A stretch of DNA of 47,598 bases from Batkoa obscura (GCA_030770535.1 JASVEC010000119.1:1-47598), one strand, 5' to 3'; positions 12,221 to 23,756 are shown, counted from the first letter of the stretch. Translations and numbers: made by a program. The notes: a model not told the origin generated them from the sequence alone.

Positions 12221-13250
12221 TGAAATCGATAGCACAATAATCTAAATAAATGAAACTAAATGGGAAAAAGGGTAAAAAATAGAATTTTTTAAAATAATAT
12301 GAATAAAAAAGGATTCAATTTTTTTTACAAATGGAACTTTCACGATTTTATATTATTCTTGTCACCTCAGTTTAAGTTATTGTTAGATTTTTAATTTAAT
12401 TTTAACCAATCAAAATCGAAATCTTAATATTTAATCCACACTTTTAGGTTTGCATTTTTGGATTCTTTGGCTTTAGTGGCTTAATAGTTAGTTTATTGAT
12501 AGTTATTAGTTATCAACAATTAAATACTTCATTTTTAAAAATAAATAATAGTATAATTAATGAACTACAATCATTCATTAGAATTGTATATAAAATATAC
12601 AATGAACCTTACAGTGGAAATACGATAAAAACATCAAAGCGGACATAAATCTTGCTAATAAACTATTTTTTAGCTTTATTTTTCTAAGAATAAATTGAAA
12701 TAATAAAGCCAACTAGTTTAACATAACAATAACTAGTCATCGATGATTGGGTAATATCAAAATTCAATTTTTGGAGAAACTTTCATAAAATTTTTAAAGT
12801 CCATTTCATTATTAAAACTTATCCCATTGGTTTAAAATATCTCCATAAAGAATAAAAAATTGATTAATTTTTAAACTTTGAGAACTTAATTTAGGAACAG
12901 GAATGTTTTAGTTTTGTTCAGTTTTTAAATTAAATATTTAAAAAACTAGACTAAACTAGATTGATTTTATAAAAAAATATTAATTTTGCATAAAATAAAT
13001 AATTGAAATATTCAACTTTTATCAAATTTTATTAGTTATAAAAAACTAATAGCAGTAAGATCAAAAATAAAGCTAATGAGTTTACAAAAACTCAATAAAA
13101 AATGCTAGCTAATGTTGACTGAAAGTATTTACAAACTGCTGATAAATGTATAGTAATAATGTCTATGCTTTCAAATATTAAAATAGACTTTTCTAATAAT
13201 TGGCAGTATTGAAAAAGTTAAAATTTAAAAGATGAACTTTATCAAAATAT

Positions 13251-13347
13251 GGGGCTGTTTTTTTTAGTTTCATTATTTTTCCATTTTTTAAGCGCTATTT
13301 GAGTGGAAAGATTGTAGTAAAATTCTTAAATAAAAAAACACATCCCC
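13251..13347 (-). mobile_element. ~99-bp MITE
   Basis: GGGG..CCCC ends, TSD ATAT. Confidence 0.93.
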
Positions 13348-13451
13348 ATATATTATAAGTTAAGATTAATTAAATTAATTTTTATTCAGATATAAAATAA
13401 ATATAAAGATCTTTGTTTTAATCATAAATAAATAAAATATTATAAATAAAT

Positions 13452-13550
13452 GGGGATATATTTTTGTATTTGAGAATTTCACTAACAATTTTTCTACTCA
13501 AATAGCGCTTAAAAGATGGAAAAAACAATGAAGCCAAAAAAAACGCCTCC
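13452..13550 (+). mobile_element. ~99-bp MITE
   Basis: Family match, TSD AAAT. Confidence 0.92.
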
Positions 13551-13762
13551 AAATAATAAAGTTAATATAAAAGCATTAAATATTTTAATTTTATAAATTT
13601 ATTAAATAAATTATTAATTTTGATCAAAAATAAGTTTAAGCATTAAATTATTTTTTTATAGCTTTTACTTATAAAATCAGTTGCTAATTTGTATATAAAT
13701 AACCTTTTAAAGAAAAAAATAATAATATGGGCTTATATGTTTTTTTAATAAAAATAGTATTT

Positions 13763-13854
13763 AGGGATATGTTTTTTTGTCTAAAGATTTTGGTGATAGC
13801 CTTTCCGCTCAAATAGTGCTTAAAAGATTGAAAAGTAATGAAACCAAAACCCTC
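13763..13854 (+). mobile_element. ~99-bp MITE (diverged)
   Basis: Family match, TSD ATTT. Confidence 0.87.
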
Positions 13855-13875
13855 ATTTAATTAAAAAGTTTATTT

Positions 13876-13971
13876 GGGGATGTTTTTTTATTTCATTACT
13901 TTTTCAATCTTTTAAGCACTATTTGAACGGAAAAGTTGTTAGTAAATTCTTGAACAAGAAAACATACCCCC
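13876..13971 (-). mobile_element. ~99-bp MITE
   Basis: Family match, GGGG..CCCC ends. Confidence 0.88.
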
Positions 13972-14178
13972 CTTTATTATTTATAATAGTTTTAAATGAT
14001 AATGAAGATGTACATAGTATTTAAAACATTAATGGAAAAACTTAAAAGTTTAATTTATAGCCTTTATTGATATCATTATTAAAAATCAATAAAATATAAA
14101 AACGCCTTTTTATTTTTCAAATGCTATTTAAATAAAAGAAATAAGTTAGGATTAGAATTAATTTAAAAAAAAGGTTTG

Positions 14179-14210
14179 AAAATAAAAATAAAAATAAAAA
14201 TAAAAATAAA
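14179..14210. repeat. (TAAAAA)n microsatellite, ~5 units
   Basis: Read directly. It lies inside the old transposon remnant. Confidence 0.85.
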
Positions 14211-14383
14211 AGTTATGTAATAATTTTAAGCTTTAAATAAAATATAGAAATAAGAATAAAAACAGATTTAATAAACCTAGAACACTATACCAAGCAGGTT
14301 ATGTTAATACTGAAGTTTGATCTTTTATACTTAAATTAATAAAACAATAGATAAAGTTTACTTTGATTATTTATTTAAAATAT

Positions 14384-14480
14384 AGGAATGTTTTTTGTCT
14401 TCATTACTTTTTCCACCTTTTAAGCGCTATTTGAGTGGAAAAATTATTAGTAAAATTCTTAAACACAAAAATACATCCTC
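14384..14480 (-). mobile_element. ~99-bp MITE within the old transposase remnant
   Basis: Family match, TSD ATAT. Confidence 0.9.
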
Positions 14481-14675
14481 ATATATTTAATTTTTTTTAA
14501 AAATAAACAGAAGTTTAAAATTAATCTCAAATTTTTTGATGAGCATTATGGAAAAATTATAACTAATAGATATTTTGAAAATATTTTATAATGAAAAAGT
14601 AGCTCTAAAGCATTAAACAGGATAAAAGGTACTGATTAATTAATTTCGAAATTTGAGATTTTTATCTATAGATAT

Positions 14676-14763
14676 AAGGATGTATTAAAAATTTTACTAA
14701 CAATCTTTCCACTCAAATAGCGCTTAAAAAAAGAGAAGCAACGAAATCAAAAAAAACATCTCC
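14676..14763 (+). mobile_element. MITE with an internal deletion, within the old Sola2-like copy
   Basis: Family match lacking ~10 bp near the left end. Confidence 0.85.
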
Positions 14764-15224
14764 AAACATAATATTATTTAAATTACTAATAACTAAATCA
14801 ATAAATAATCAAAAAGCCCTTAGTTATAATAATAAATAATAAATATTATTATATTGCTTGTATTATATAAAGGTAGTTAATTATAGTTTTAAAGTCAACT
14901 GCTCCCTCCTATGCAGCTATTTATTAATTACTAATATACCAATAACGTAATTATAAAATTAAAATTATGTACTTAATAGCAAATTTTTAATGCTAAGTAT
15001 AAAGCAATTGGGGCTGTTCTAATTGGTTTCAGAATCTACTTAGAAATTAATCCAAATTTAAAATTTTAAGTTTGTGTTCAATATAACGGTTGAATCTAAA
15101 AAGTCTAAAATTAAATGTCTCTATTTAAAACTTATTTTAATTGTTTCCTTTTTTTAAATAGCTAATTCTCCTAATTATATAAATACAGTTATTTGACTTT
15201 ATTTTTTGTTGAAATAAAAATAAA

Positions 15225-17031
15225 ATGCAAACTTTCATAACTAAACTTCGAAATGGAATTTTTGAAAACTTCAATACAATAGGGAGGAGTACACAATATA
15301 AACATTGTAATTCATTTACATCAATTTTAAGAGCTACTTATAACAACCCAAGGTTTATGGAATTTTATAATAAAACAAAACAAAGAAAAGATATATTATC
15401 AAAGTTTACTATCGATAATAATAAACTTAATCAAGTAATGTATAAAATTAGTGCTTTAAGGGAAACAGGAAACAAAAATCAGTAAGTAGCGTTATTATCA
15501 ACTATAGCTTCAGTATATTCTTTTGATGAATGTAAGAGTTTTGGGTTTAATATAAATAGAAATCAATATGATTATTCAAAAACAAGTAATAATAATAAAA
15601 TATCAACATTAAAACCTATTATTAAAAATACAAAAAAAATTAAAGATGACCAAATTGAAACTATCATACAATATTTACTAAATGATTCAACTATTTCATC
15701 AAGATTTAATAAAAAAAATAACGATAGTAAATATTCATCAGATAATATATATATATTAAATAAAAGTAGAAGAATGATATATAGTAAATATTTGAATGAT
15801 CTAAGAGATAAAGCAGTAGCTAGGTCAACGTTCTTTAAATATATACCAAGTAATTTCAAAAATCCAGCAAGAAAAACGGATCTATGTAATATATGTACCC
15901 AGTATACAGTTAGAAAAAAGTTATTTGAAAATAAAATAAATACAGCAAAAAACAAAGCAGAGATAGAAGAAATTTTCAACGAAGAAGAAAAATTATACAA
16001 ATTACGGGAGTGTTTTTTTTGACTTCATTATTTTTTCCATTTTTTAAGCGCTGTTTAAGCGGAAAATTTGTTAGTAAAACTCTTAAACATTAAAATACAT
16101 CCCCTTACATAAATTCTGTGTTGATACTCAAAAAAACACATTTAATGAAACTATTAAAAAATTAAATAACAAAAGTTGTATAATAGTTTTAGATTTTAAA
16201 CAAAATATGGAAATAGGAACAAGACCAGATTCAATAAATCTAGATCATTATAATAAACAAGCTATATCAGTATTAGGCTTTGGTGTATTATATTTAAAAG
16301 ATGATAAAACAATAGGCAAAGTTTACTTTGATTATTTATCTGAAATATTGAATCATGATTCAGCATATGCAGGAGATTGTTTAATCGATTTGATCTCTAC
16401 AGAGCTTCTATTTAAAAAGTTTACAAAAATTAATATATGGGCAGATACAGGAAATCATTTTAGATCCCAAGAGTTTCTACACTATATGTTTAAAGAAATT
16501 CATAAAATAAATAGTAGTTTGAATGTTAATCTTAATTTTTTTGCTGAGCATCATGGAAAAAGTATAGTTGATGGACATTTTGGAAACCTTTCAAAATGGA
16601 AAAGTAGTTTTGAAGCGTTAGGTAAAATAGAAGATATCGATCAATTAATTTCAAGATTTGAGGCTTTTATTTGCGAGCATAATAAAATTAATAACTCGAC
16701 TGTTAATAATGGGAAAACGGATATAATTTTTAAAAAGTATAAAAGAAACAAAAATACAAAAAGAATAATAGAGATGCAGGGCATTAAAAAGTATTTACAC
16801 TTTATTAAACATAACAATAAACTACATTGTTATCCAGTATCTGATACATCAAAAAAAAGCGATATAGTCCCAATTAAAGTTATAGAGTCTATAGAAAACA
16901 GAAAAATTAAAAGATCGATCCCAGCTTACCTTACGAAGATAACAGAGAATTTAAAAATTTCGATATTTACTAAGCAAGTAAGTAGTTTGTTGAATGATAG
17001 AAATAGATTGTTAAATGTTAGGATTACTTAA
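15225..17031 (+). pseudogene. Sola2-type DDD transposase (~567 aa when repaired), with one in-frame TAA and one MITE insertion
   Basis: ORFs 15225, 15774 and 16207 become one frame after reading through TAA 15483-15485 and removing 16006-16108. Motifs: DLCNIC..H, IIVLDFKQN (D 16192), IWADTGNHFRS (D 16444), NFFAEHHGKSIVDGHFG (D 16570). Confidence 0.88.
16006..16104 (-). mobile_element. 99-bp MITE interrupting the transposase
   Basis: GGGAGTG..CATCCCC ends, TSD TTAC (16002-16005 and 16105-16108). Confidence 0.96.
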
Positions 17032-17893
17032 GTTATTAATAGCTAAGTTAATAAATAGTCAAAGAACAAGTAACTGTAATAATATGTAAAAACTATTATT
17101 ACTTGTACTATATAAGGATGGTTAATTATAGTTTTGGGGCTGACCACTCCCTCCCATGCAGCTATTTATTAACTTGGCAATATATTAATAATGTAATTAC
17201 AACATTAAAATAGTTTATTTATTTGATAATAAATCTACAATGTTGGTTATAAAGCAGTTGATAATAAATATTTCTCAATTAAGCTTTATAAGAACATGTA
17301 TTTAAGATCTAGTAGAAATTCAACTAACTTACAGTGGAAACTATAATAGAATGATTTAGAACTGTGTTTGGGTACTTTTGTTTTAATGAAAGATGTGATT
17401 TTATAGAATTTTAGGCGAAGTTTTTAAAATACAAAATTTTTCAAAAATTGGATAAAATAATGAAACTAATTCAGACAACCCCAATTAGTGATAAATATTT
17501 CTTAATAAAGCTTTATAAAAATATATATTTATTCACATATTATAGCTTTGATCAATATTAGTGCATAAACTATATCGGTATAATTCTTGCTAGTATAGTA
17601 ATTTTTATTAAGTTTAATAGAAATTCTGTCAACTTATAACATATATTATAATAAAATAATTTAAAACTGCTAAGATACTTTTACTTTTTAATAAATTCGA
17701 TATTTTTATAGAATTTTAAGCAAAGTTCTTAAATTATAGATATTGAAAAGTTGGCTAAAAAAGTGAAACTAATTTAGACATCCCCAAATAGTAACACTTT
17801 TCAAAAAAGTAGATAATCAAGATGGTTTATTGAATAATAGTTTGAGCTAATACTTAAGCTGGTAATATTTTACAGTGCAAAGAAAATAGTAAG

Positions 17894-18277
17894 TTAAGCA
17901 TAGTCACAGTAAAGATTACCATTATGTTGAACACATTTAGTGCCTGGTCCACAGTTACGAAAAACGAATCGACCTTGTGCACAAGTCCAAAAACCATAAG
18001 AGTAATAATCACAAAACATTAAGCCTTCTTTACATACTGGATAACTGGATACCCCTAGACGGTAAATTCCTGCATGCTTACCTAATGATACTTTGGATGG
18101 GGCTACTAAATTGGATACAATGATTTTTTCTTGGTTGTTGGAGCTACTTACAGCCATTCGGTTACTTTTTTGATCTACTTGATTAGTGGCGGAGATTACT
18201 GAATTTAAGTCACTGTTAGCAGTGGTGGCGCAATAAACCTTGATAGCAAAGAGAGGGATTAAAGCAAGAAATTTCAT
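17894..18277 (-). CDS. Small secreted protein with a C-terminal CBM19-like chitin-binding module
   Basis: Signal peptide MKFLALIPLFAIKVYCA, then a Ser/Asn-rich linker, then a six-Cys module CKEGLMFC..GFWTCAQGRFVFRNCGPGTKC..C. Intronless. Confidence 0.8.
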   Translation of the reverse strand: MKFLALIPLFAIKVYCATTANSDLNSVISATNQVDQKSNRMAVSSSNNQEKIIVSNLVAPSKVSLGKHAGIYRLGVSSYPVCKEGLMFCDYYSYGFWTCAQGRFVFRNCGPGTKCVQHNGNLYCDYA

Positions 18278-18889
18278 GGTTAAATTCAAATTGTTTTAAT
18301 ATACTTGCTGGCATTTTAATTTTAATTTTAAGTTTATATAGTATTATTTTAAGGTTTTTTAATTTATCTTAAAAATAAAAAATATGTATTTATAAATTTG
18401 AAAGTTTCGATTCAGTTTTCTATTAATATATCTTAGCTGCAACTTTATCATGTTTAGTAATCAAATATAAAAGACTATTTATAAAAATTGACAAAAACCG
18501 TACTTAAATACCAGTCAAATTTTTTGTATTAAGACCTTATCCCTTAAACATAATGAGCTTGACTTAAAAGCACTAAGTATAAACAACGATTCCAAGTAGT
18601 TTATATAAAGTTAGCATTATAAATAACTAACTTATTGATTTATATTTATTTTTAACTTTATGACCCTAAAACTATACATAAAGTTTTATACAAATATTTA
18701 GTTTTATTTTTAAACTTTAGCTGTCAAAGCCAGTTATAAATAATTAATATCGTACAATAAATTAGTACCAAAGTTTTACTTACTATAATTGTCATAGAAA
18801 AAGAGTGTTTTTAAAACGTGGTTATGGGTCAACAAAGGAGCAACGTTGTTGTGGTATAAGTATTATAATCTAAATCGAAAGAAGGAATA

Positions 18890-18984
18890 GGGAGTGTTTT
18901 TTTTGACTTCATTACTCCATTTTTTAAGCGCTATTTGAGTGGAAAATTTATTAATAAAATTCTTAAACACAAAAATACATCCCC
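18890..18984 (-). mobile_element. ~99-bp MITE
   Basis: Family match, TSD AATA. Confidence 0.93.
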
Positions 18985-19394
18985 AATACGTGAATATTTT
19001 CTTTCAACATTTTTTAAATTTCTAAGCTCAAAATTTGGTCAAATTATCAAAATTAGTGATCGAATAAGAACAAGTTTTTGTATATTGCCATCTAAAGCAG
19101 TCTTATAAACTTTTTTAGTTTTATGTAATATTAAATGAATTGTATATTGGCCGTTTTTTTCCATAGCTTGGTTTTTTAATTTCTAATATGTATTACATAA
19201 AACAATGAAATGATAATGAATGTTATATGAGCATTGGCGCCAAGTTGACTATTGTAAAAGATACCTAAACAAGTCAGTTAAAAGTTCTTACAGTGTAATC
19301 TGATGATGCTGCAGTTTGAAACCATAGCCTATAAAGAAAACTGCAAAAAATTATTTTTGATAAACTACTTACGAAAGTAATTATACAAACGGAC

Positions 19395-20470
19395 ATGAAA
19401 GCATATAAAGTAAGCAAAGGAATCAAAATTGAAAAAACTGACATATATGGAGGGTTTAGTTAAATAAAGGATCAAGAAAGATGCCATTTTTAAAGATAAA
19501 AAACTTGAAGCATTTAATAAAAACAAAATCTTAATTTTTAATCAAGTTCCACGTAGTTTGAGCTTAAATGGCTTTACTGAAGCTATTCATATAGCTTATA
19601 CTCGACATTATGGACTTTCTTTATGCCTATACTATCTTTTGATTATTATATTACAGGGTTTAGGTATTCACATTAACTTAAATAATGGCAAATGTAAAAA
19701 AATAATGGGAACCGATCATGAAGAGAAAAAGGATATTAAACTTAATAGACTTAGCTTTGTATTAGGTGATGAAAATAACTGCTAAGAGTTATTTTTGAAA
19801 TTTATTGAAATTATTGAAAAGAGAGTTATTGATAAATTGTGTGAATTGCTTAATAAACTATTTTCAGCATCTAATGAATTATCAATCGCAGTCACTTCAC
19901 TTACTATTATGGATATCTATAAAAGGTATATTGGTTATACAGTTTGCATAGCTTTTGGTATACCTGGAATTAATCTATTTGGTACTAATAATGATTAGAA
20001 AGATCTATTAGGAAGATGTAAAAAACTATTGAACCAATTCGAAGACTGAAATTTTGGAGTGATGAACAATATTTGTATTATAGAAATTTAACAAAGTTAA
20101 AGAAAACAGTGATGTGAGTACCGAATTTTAGATTAGTCTATACAAAAGAGAAGATAGCTCTGTTGGTATGTATATATTAAGCTGGATTAGGGTTTTTTAT
20201 TCGTACTTACGATCTAGTACTGGTTATATTGAAGACTTGACCATAAAGAAGAAAAAAATCATATTATATTTTCTAACTGCAGAATAAAAATAATTAGGGT
20301 GTTCTTTTTAGTTTCATTACTTTTTCAATTTTTAAGCATTATTTAAGTGGAAGAACTGCTAGCAAAATTCTTAGACAAAAAATACATCACTGATTTATTA
20401 AAATCTTTAATGATATTCCAGCTAGCAACTGATGGCTTTTTTGATATATATAAACTTATACTGAAACATA
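19395..20470 (+). pseudogene. DUF4419-family pseudogene
   Basis: NGFTEAIHIAYTRHYGLSL, DHEEKKDI, GIPGINLFGTNND*, EF*ISLYK..SVGMYILSWI..YSY and DIP follow the DUF4419 motif order. Stops at 19783, 19996 and 20129, frameshifts, and a MITE at ~20295. Boundaries are approximate. Confidence 0.75.
20295..20391 (-). mobile_element. ~99-bp MITE (diverged)
   Basis: Family match with eroded ends. Confidence 0.82.
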
Positions 20471-20983
20471 ACGAACGATGTGATATTAGTATATGAAATT
20501 GTTAGGATAAAAAATTCGATATGAATTTGAAGACTTTCTTGGAACTAAAAAAATATATTTAAAGTCATGTCAAGTCTTCTATTTGGTTTATTTCATATGA
20601 ATAAACAATAATTCTTAGATTTTATTTTGAACTCTTTAAATCAACTATTAAATACTTGATAGATCATTTAAAAAGTATTATCGAATGGTATTGCTATACA
20701 TAGATTAAAGGTATTATTCTATCGATAAATATAAATGAGCTTGTGTTTGATTTTTGTCCGGTCTTAATTTATAACGTATTCTTATAGATTACGGATAAAT
20801 ATCATATGGATAGTCATTCTTTATTTAACTAAAATAATTATATAGGCTTTATAGATTCACCAAATTCAAGATTGGATTTTTCATACATTAATCAAAATTT
20901 AAAACATTTATACTAATGGATTGTCAAAAAGATCGAAAAATTAAAACCTTTTAAAGCAAAGATTCTACTACTTAAGTCTATCA

Positions 20984-21165
20984 AAATGTTATTTTCCCAC
21001 CTCCACCTGCTCTAGGTCCATAAAACCTTACTCGAGGAAAACCAAAGATAACAGTTTAGAAGCAGTGATTCAACTCTAAAACCGCAACTCAGCATTCTTA
21101 TTGCCGAAAAAATATCCTTCAAAGATAGTAAAAGCAGTTGAAACCCACTTCTAGCAAAAGATGAT
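20984..21165 (-). ncRNA. Candidate H/ACA-box-like RNA; unconfirmed
   Basis: Hairpin, ATAAGA (H box), hairpins, then ACATTT, in a relatively GC-rich non-coding patch. Confidence 0.33.
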
Positions 21166-21358
21166 TTAATTTAAAACATTCTAATAAAAAGAGCCAATGA
21201 GATCAAAGGCAACTGAACCAAATACAAAAGCATAACAAAAAAGTTGTAATACTCCAGTTAGCTCTGTTAAAGTTTGAACTTTGGCAGTTAAGCGTAACCG
21301 AACTTTGGTAACGCTTTAGATATCTTTACAGGAAAAATCGGTCGTTTATATTCATAAT

Positions 21359-22369
21359 ATGAGTACAATATCCACTGAAAATGCTGGTGGAGATCAGCCA
21401 GGTTTAAGTAATGCTGAAAGGTTAAGAAAAAGAAGGGCAGCCCGCAATAAGAAGATACTTGATACTGGTAAAAGTAGAATAGATAAAATCATGGGAGTTT
21501 ATTCTTCCTTTTCTGATAAACCAGGGGATATCAGTAAATCAGTTCAAAAACAAGTTGAAGAAAGTCACAGTAGTACTTCAGAAGAAATTGAAGATAAAGG
21601 TATTTTTTTATAAATGAAATAAATCAAAAAAATAATAAACAGTAGTAGCTCAAGGATTAAAAGAAAATCCAGAAACAATAGGGACAGCAAAAATGAAGGT
21701 AGAGAAGAACGATATAGAAAGGGATGTTTCTATTTCAACTTCAAAGCTTGATGAAAAAGAAGAAATGACCAATTATCTTAAAGATCAAATGGAATCAATG
21801 AAGTTTTCAATATTAAATGATGTATCGGATGAGGATAAGCAATATTTGGCCAGTATTCTTAGAGACAACTGGCTTGGGGTAGTGAACATATTGGTACCTA
21901 TTTCTGGGCTATTAATTTTTCTCTTATATTCCTTATTTACTATTCAAATTAAAAATAATGAAAGGTTGGAGATTGAACTTTTGAGTAGAAAAGAGGCTCT
22001 ATACGTTGAAGTACCTTATATTGGCCAAATTGTAAGTCATTTTCTTATTTGGTAAATTTAACTAACACGTTTAGTTTCCTTTTCATCTTGTATTGTTAAT
22101 ATTAATTCTAAAGCAAATATCATTCTATTTGAATTATAAGGTAATTAATAAATTTAAGGAGCAAATTAATTGACGCTAAATTACAATAGAAACAAGACAA
22201 CCTAGATATGTTCCAACAAAATGGCTACCTTGGAATTATCCAGAGGCTGAAAAACTTGTTCAAATATTATTATGGTGCGGTTAACCTATTCTTTGATGAT
22301 TTTTCGTTTATAATATTTGGAATAGGTATATATGCATTATTGAGTAACTTCATTGCCCATTTTTTTTAA
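21359..22369 (+). CDS. GET2: GET2/CAML-like ER receptor for tail-anchored proteins (4 exons)
   Basis: N-terminal LSNAERLRKRRAARNKKILDTGKSRIDKIMG matches the Get2/CAML Get3-binding helices. A charged linker is followed by three hydrophobic segments. Stop TAA at 22367-22369. Confidence 0.72.
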
Positions 22370-22532
22370 AGTAATATTTGATACATATTACTATTACTAT
22401 GCTTAACAATTAAATATAAATCTCAAATATTAATCTAACTTTTTAATACAATTTTAAAATTTGGTTATTAATTCTGTTTACTATAAAACATCGTAAAATG
22501 GTATTATAACTTTAACATTAAAAAATATTTAT

Positions 22533-23201
22533 TTAAATATACTTTTGATTTCTATATAATAAACCTGTATCATGGTTATCGCCTGAAGCAACTTCAATAA
22601 CTTGGACAACCCAAACCTCATGGTCAGCCACTGGAAAAACATGTTTTACTTTACATAAGAAGGTAGCTAAAGACTTATTTAAATAGGGAATGCTGTCAAG
22701 CCAAGAAAAATGATTCTGGCTATCATCAAACTCACCATGACCTGGCTTTGAAAAAAACTGAGCAATTGATTTTTGGTTTGTTGTTAGAGTATTTATAGCA
22801 CAGTATTGAGTTTGGTGGAGTTGGGCTGAAAAATGGGAAGGTAGCTTTACATTAAAAGTCAATAGTATTGGATCCATAGACAGTGAAGTTACCGAATTTA
22901 CGGTTATTCCGGATATTGTTTTAGATTGGGATTGGGTAGTTATAACGTTTACTAGAATCAAAAGTCAGATAAAATTTACAAACTTAATTTATATTTACCT
23001 GGATTTGTTACTAAGCGTAAACTTTGTTTGACTTTATCTAAAAGTTCAATATCTTTTGTAGAATGTTGACTCTTTTGCTTTAAATGACTATCGAAATAAT
23101 TAAATAATTAAAAACTACAGTGTTTTGGTTTTACCTATACTTCATTTGATGTATCTTCCTAAACGATCCATTTGTTTGTTTATTACTTATTATAAGTTCA
23201 T
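22533..23201 (-). CDS. Flavin reductase-like FMN-binding protein (3 exons)
   Basis: LRLVTNP/VNVITT..GITVNSVTSLSMDP..AINTL..VADHEVWV..LLYRNQKY is the Flavin_Reduct pattern. Probable ATG at 23201 with a basic, presequence-like N-terminus. Confidence 0.88.
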
Positions 23202-23756
23202 TTTTAAAGTAATTTAATGTTTTTAATATTTTCATTTTTAAAAATTAGTTTTTGATTAAAATTTAAAACTTTGAGTATTTAAGCTAATTGCGCAAATCCA
23301 GTCAATAAAATTATATGCTTAATAAGAAAAAACATCATAAACGAAACCCTTAATATATAAAGATTAATAGTATAAGAAATAGATATTAAGATTAGAAGTA
23401 GCTTTAATTTTACAAAGCATTAATTATGTAAAATATATTATCTAACAGCAGTAGACGTTTCAATTAAGAGAAAAACTAGACTGCTGTAGATTTATTTAAT
23501 AATTTTGTTTTAAAACAGCAAGAATCGTAAAAATGTTTTAATACACATCATCGGCCTATATTGATATATAAAAGATAAAACAACTTTTTCTTAATATTAT
23601 CAAACTTTTTTAACATAATTTATTAGGAAAAGTCAAATATAAAATTGGCACCCAAATTATCCCATATTTCAAAATGATTTTAAACGCAAATTTAAATCCA
23701 AATTTTTATTTAGTAATAAAATAGTAAGAACATTCAGAAGCTTTTTTTAAGTTAAA

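Larger units (their letters stand above)
15010..17482 (+). mobile_element. Sola2-like DNA transposon, full length with a disabled transposase
   Basis: Left TIR GGGGCTGTTCTAATTGGTTTCA (15010) and right TIR TGAAACTAATTCAGACAACCCC (17461-17482), with a 4-bp TSD AATT on both sides and an internal DDD transposase. GRG..CYC termini with 4-bp TSDs are characteristic of Sola2. Confidence 0.88.
14170..17785 (+). mobile_element. Older, decayed Sola2-like transposon copy that hosts the younger insertion; left end not found
   Basis: 14205-14382 aligns to 16165-16348 and 14500-14670 to 16503-16678 (transposase remnants). 14850-15009 aligns to 17095-17259, and 17483-17785 continues that arm to a second right TIR, TGAAACTAATTTAGACATCCCC, ending at 17785. 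Confidence 0.85.

Noticed and set aside
15483..15485. Stop-codon reassignment (TAA/TAG read as sense)
   Set aside because: Intact genes here end normally at TAA/TAG/TGA and have no internal stops once spliced.
15482..15507. GTAAGT as an intron donor removing the transposase stop
   Set aside because: The nearest plausible acceptor gives a 26-nt, frame-breaking intron. The read-through peptide (VALLSTIASVYSF..GF) looks coding, so a nonsense mutation is the simpler explanation.
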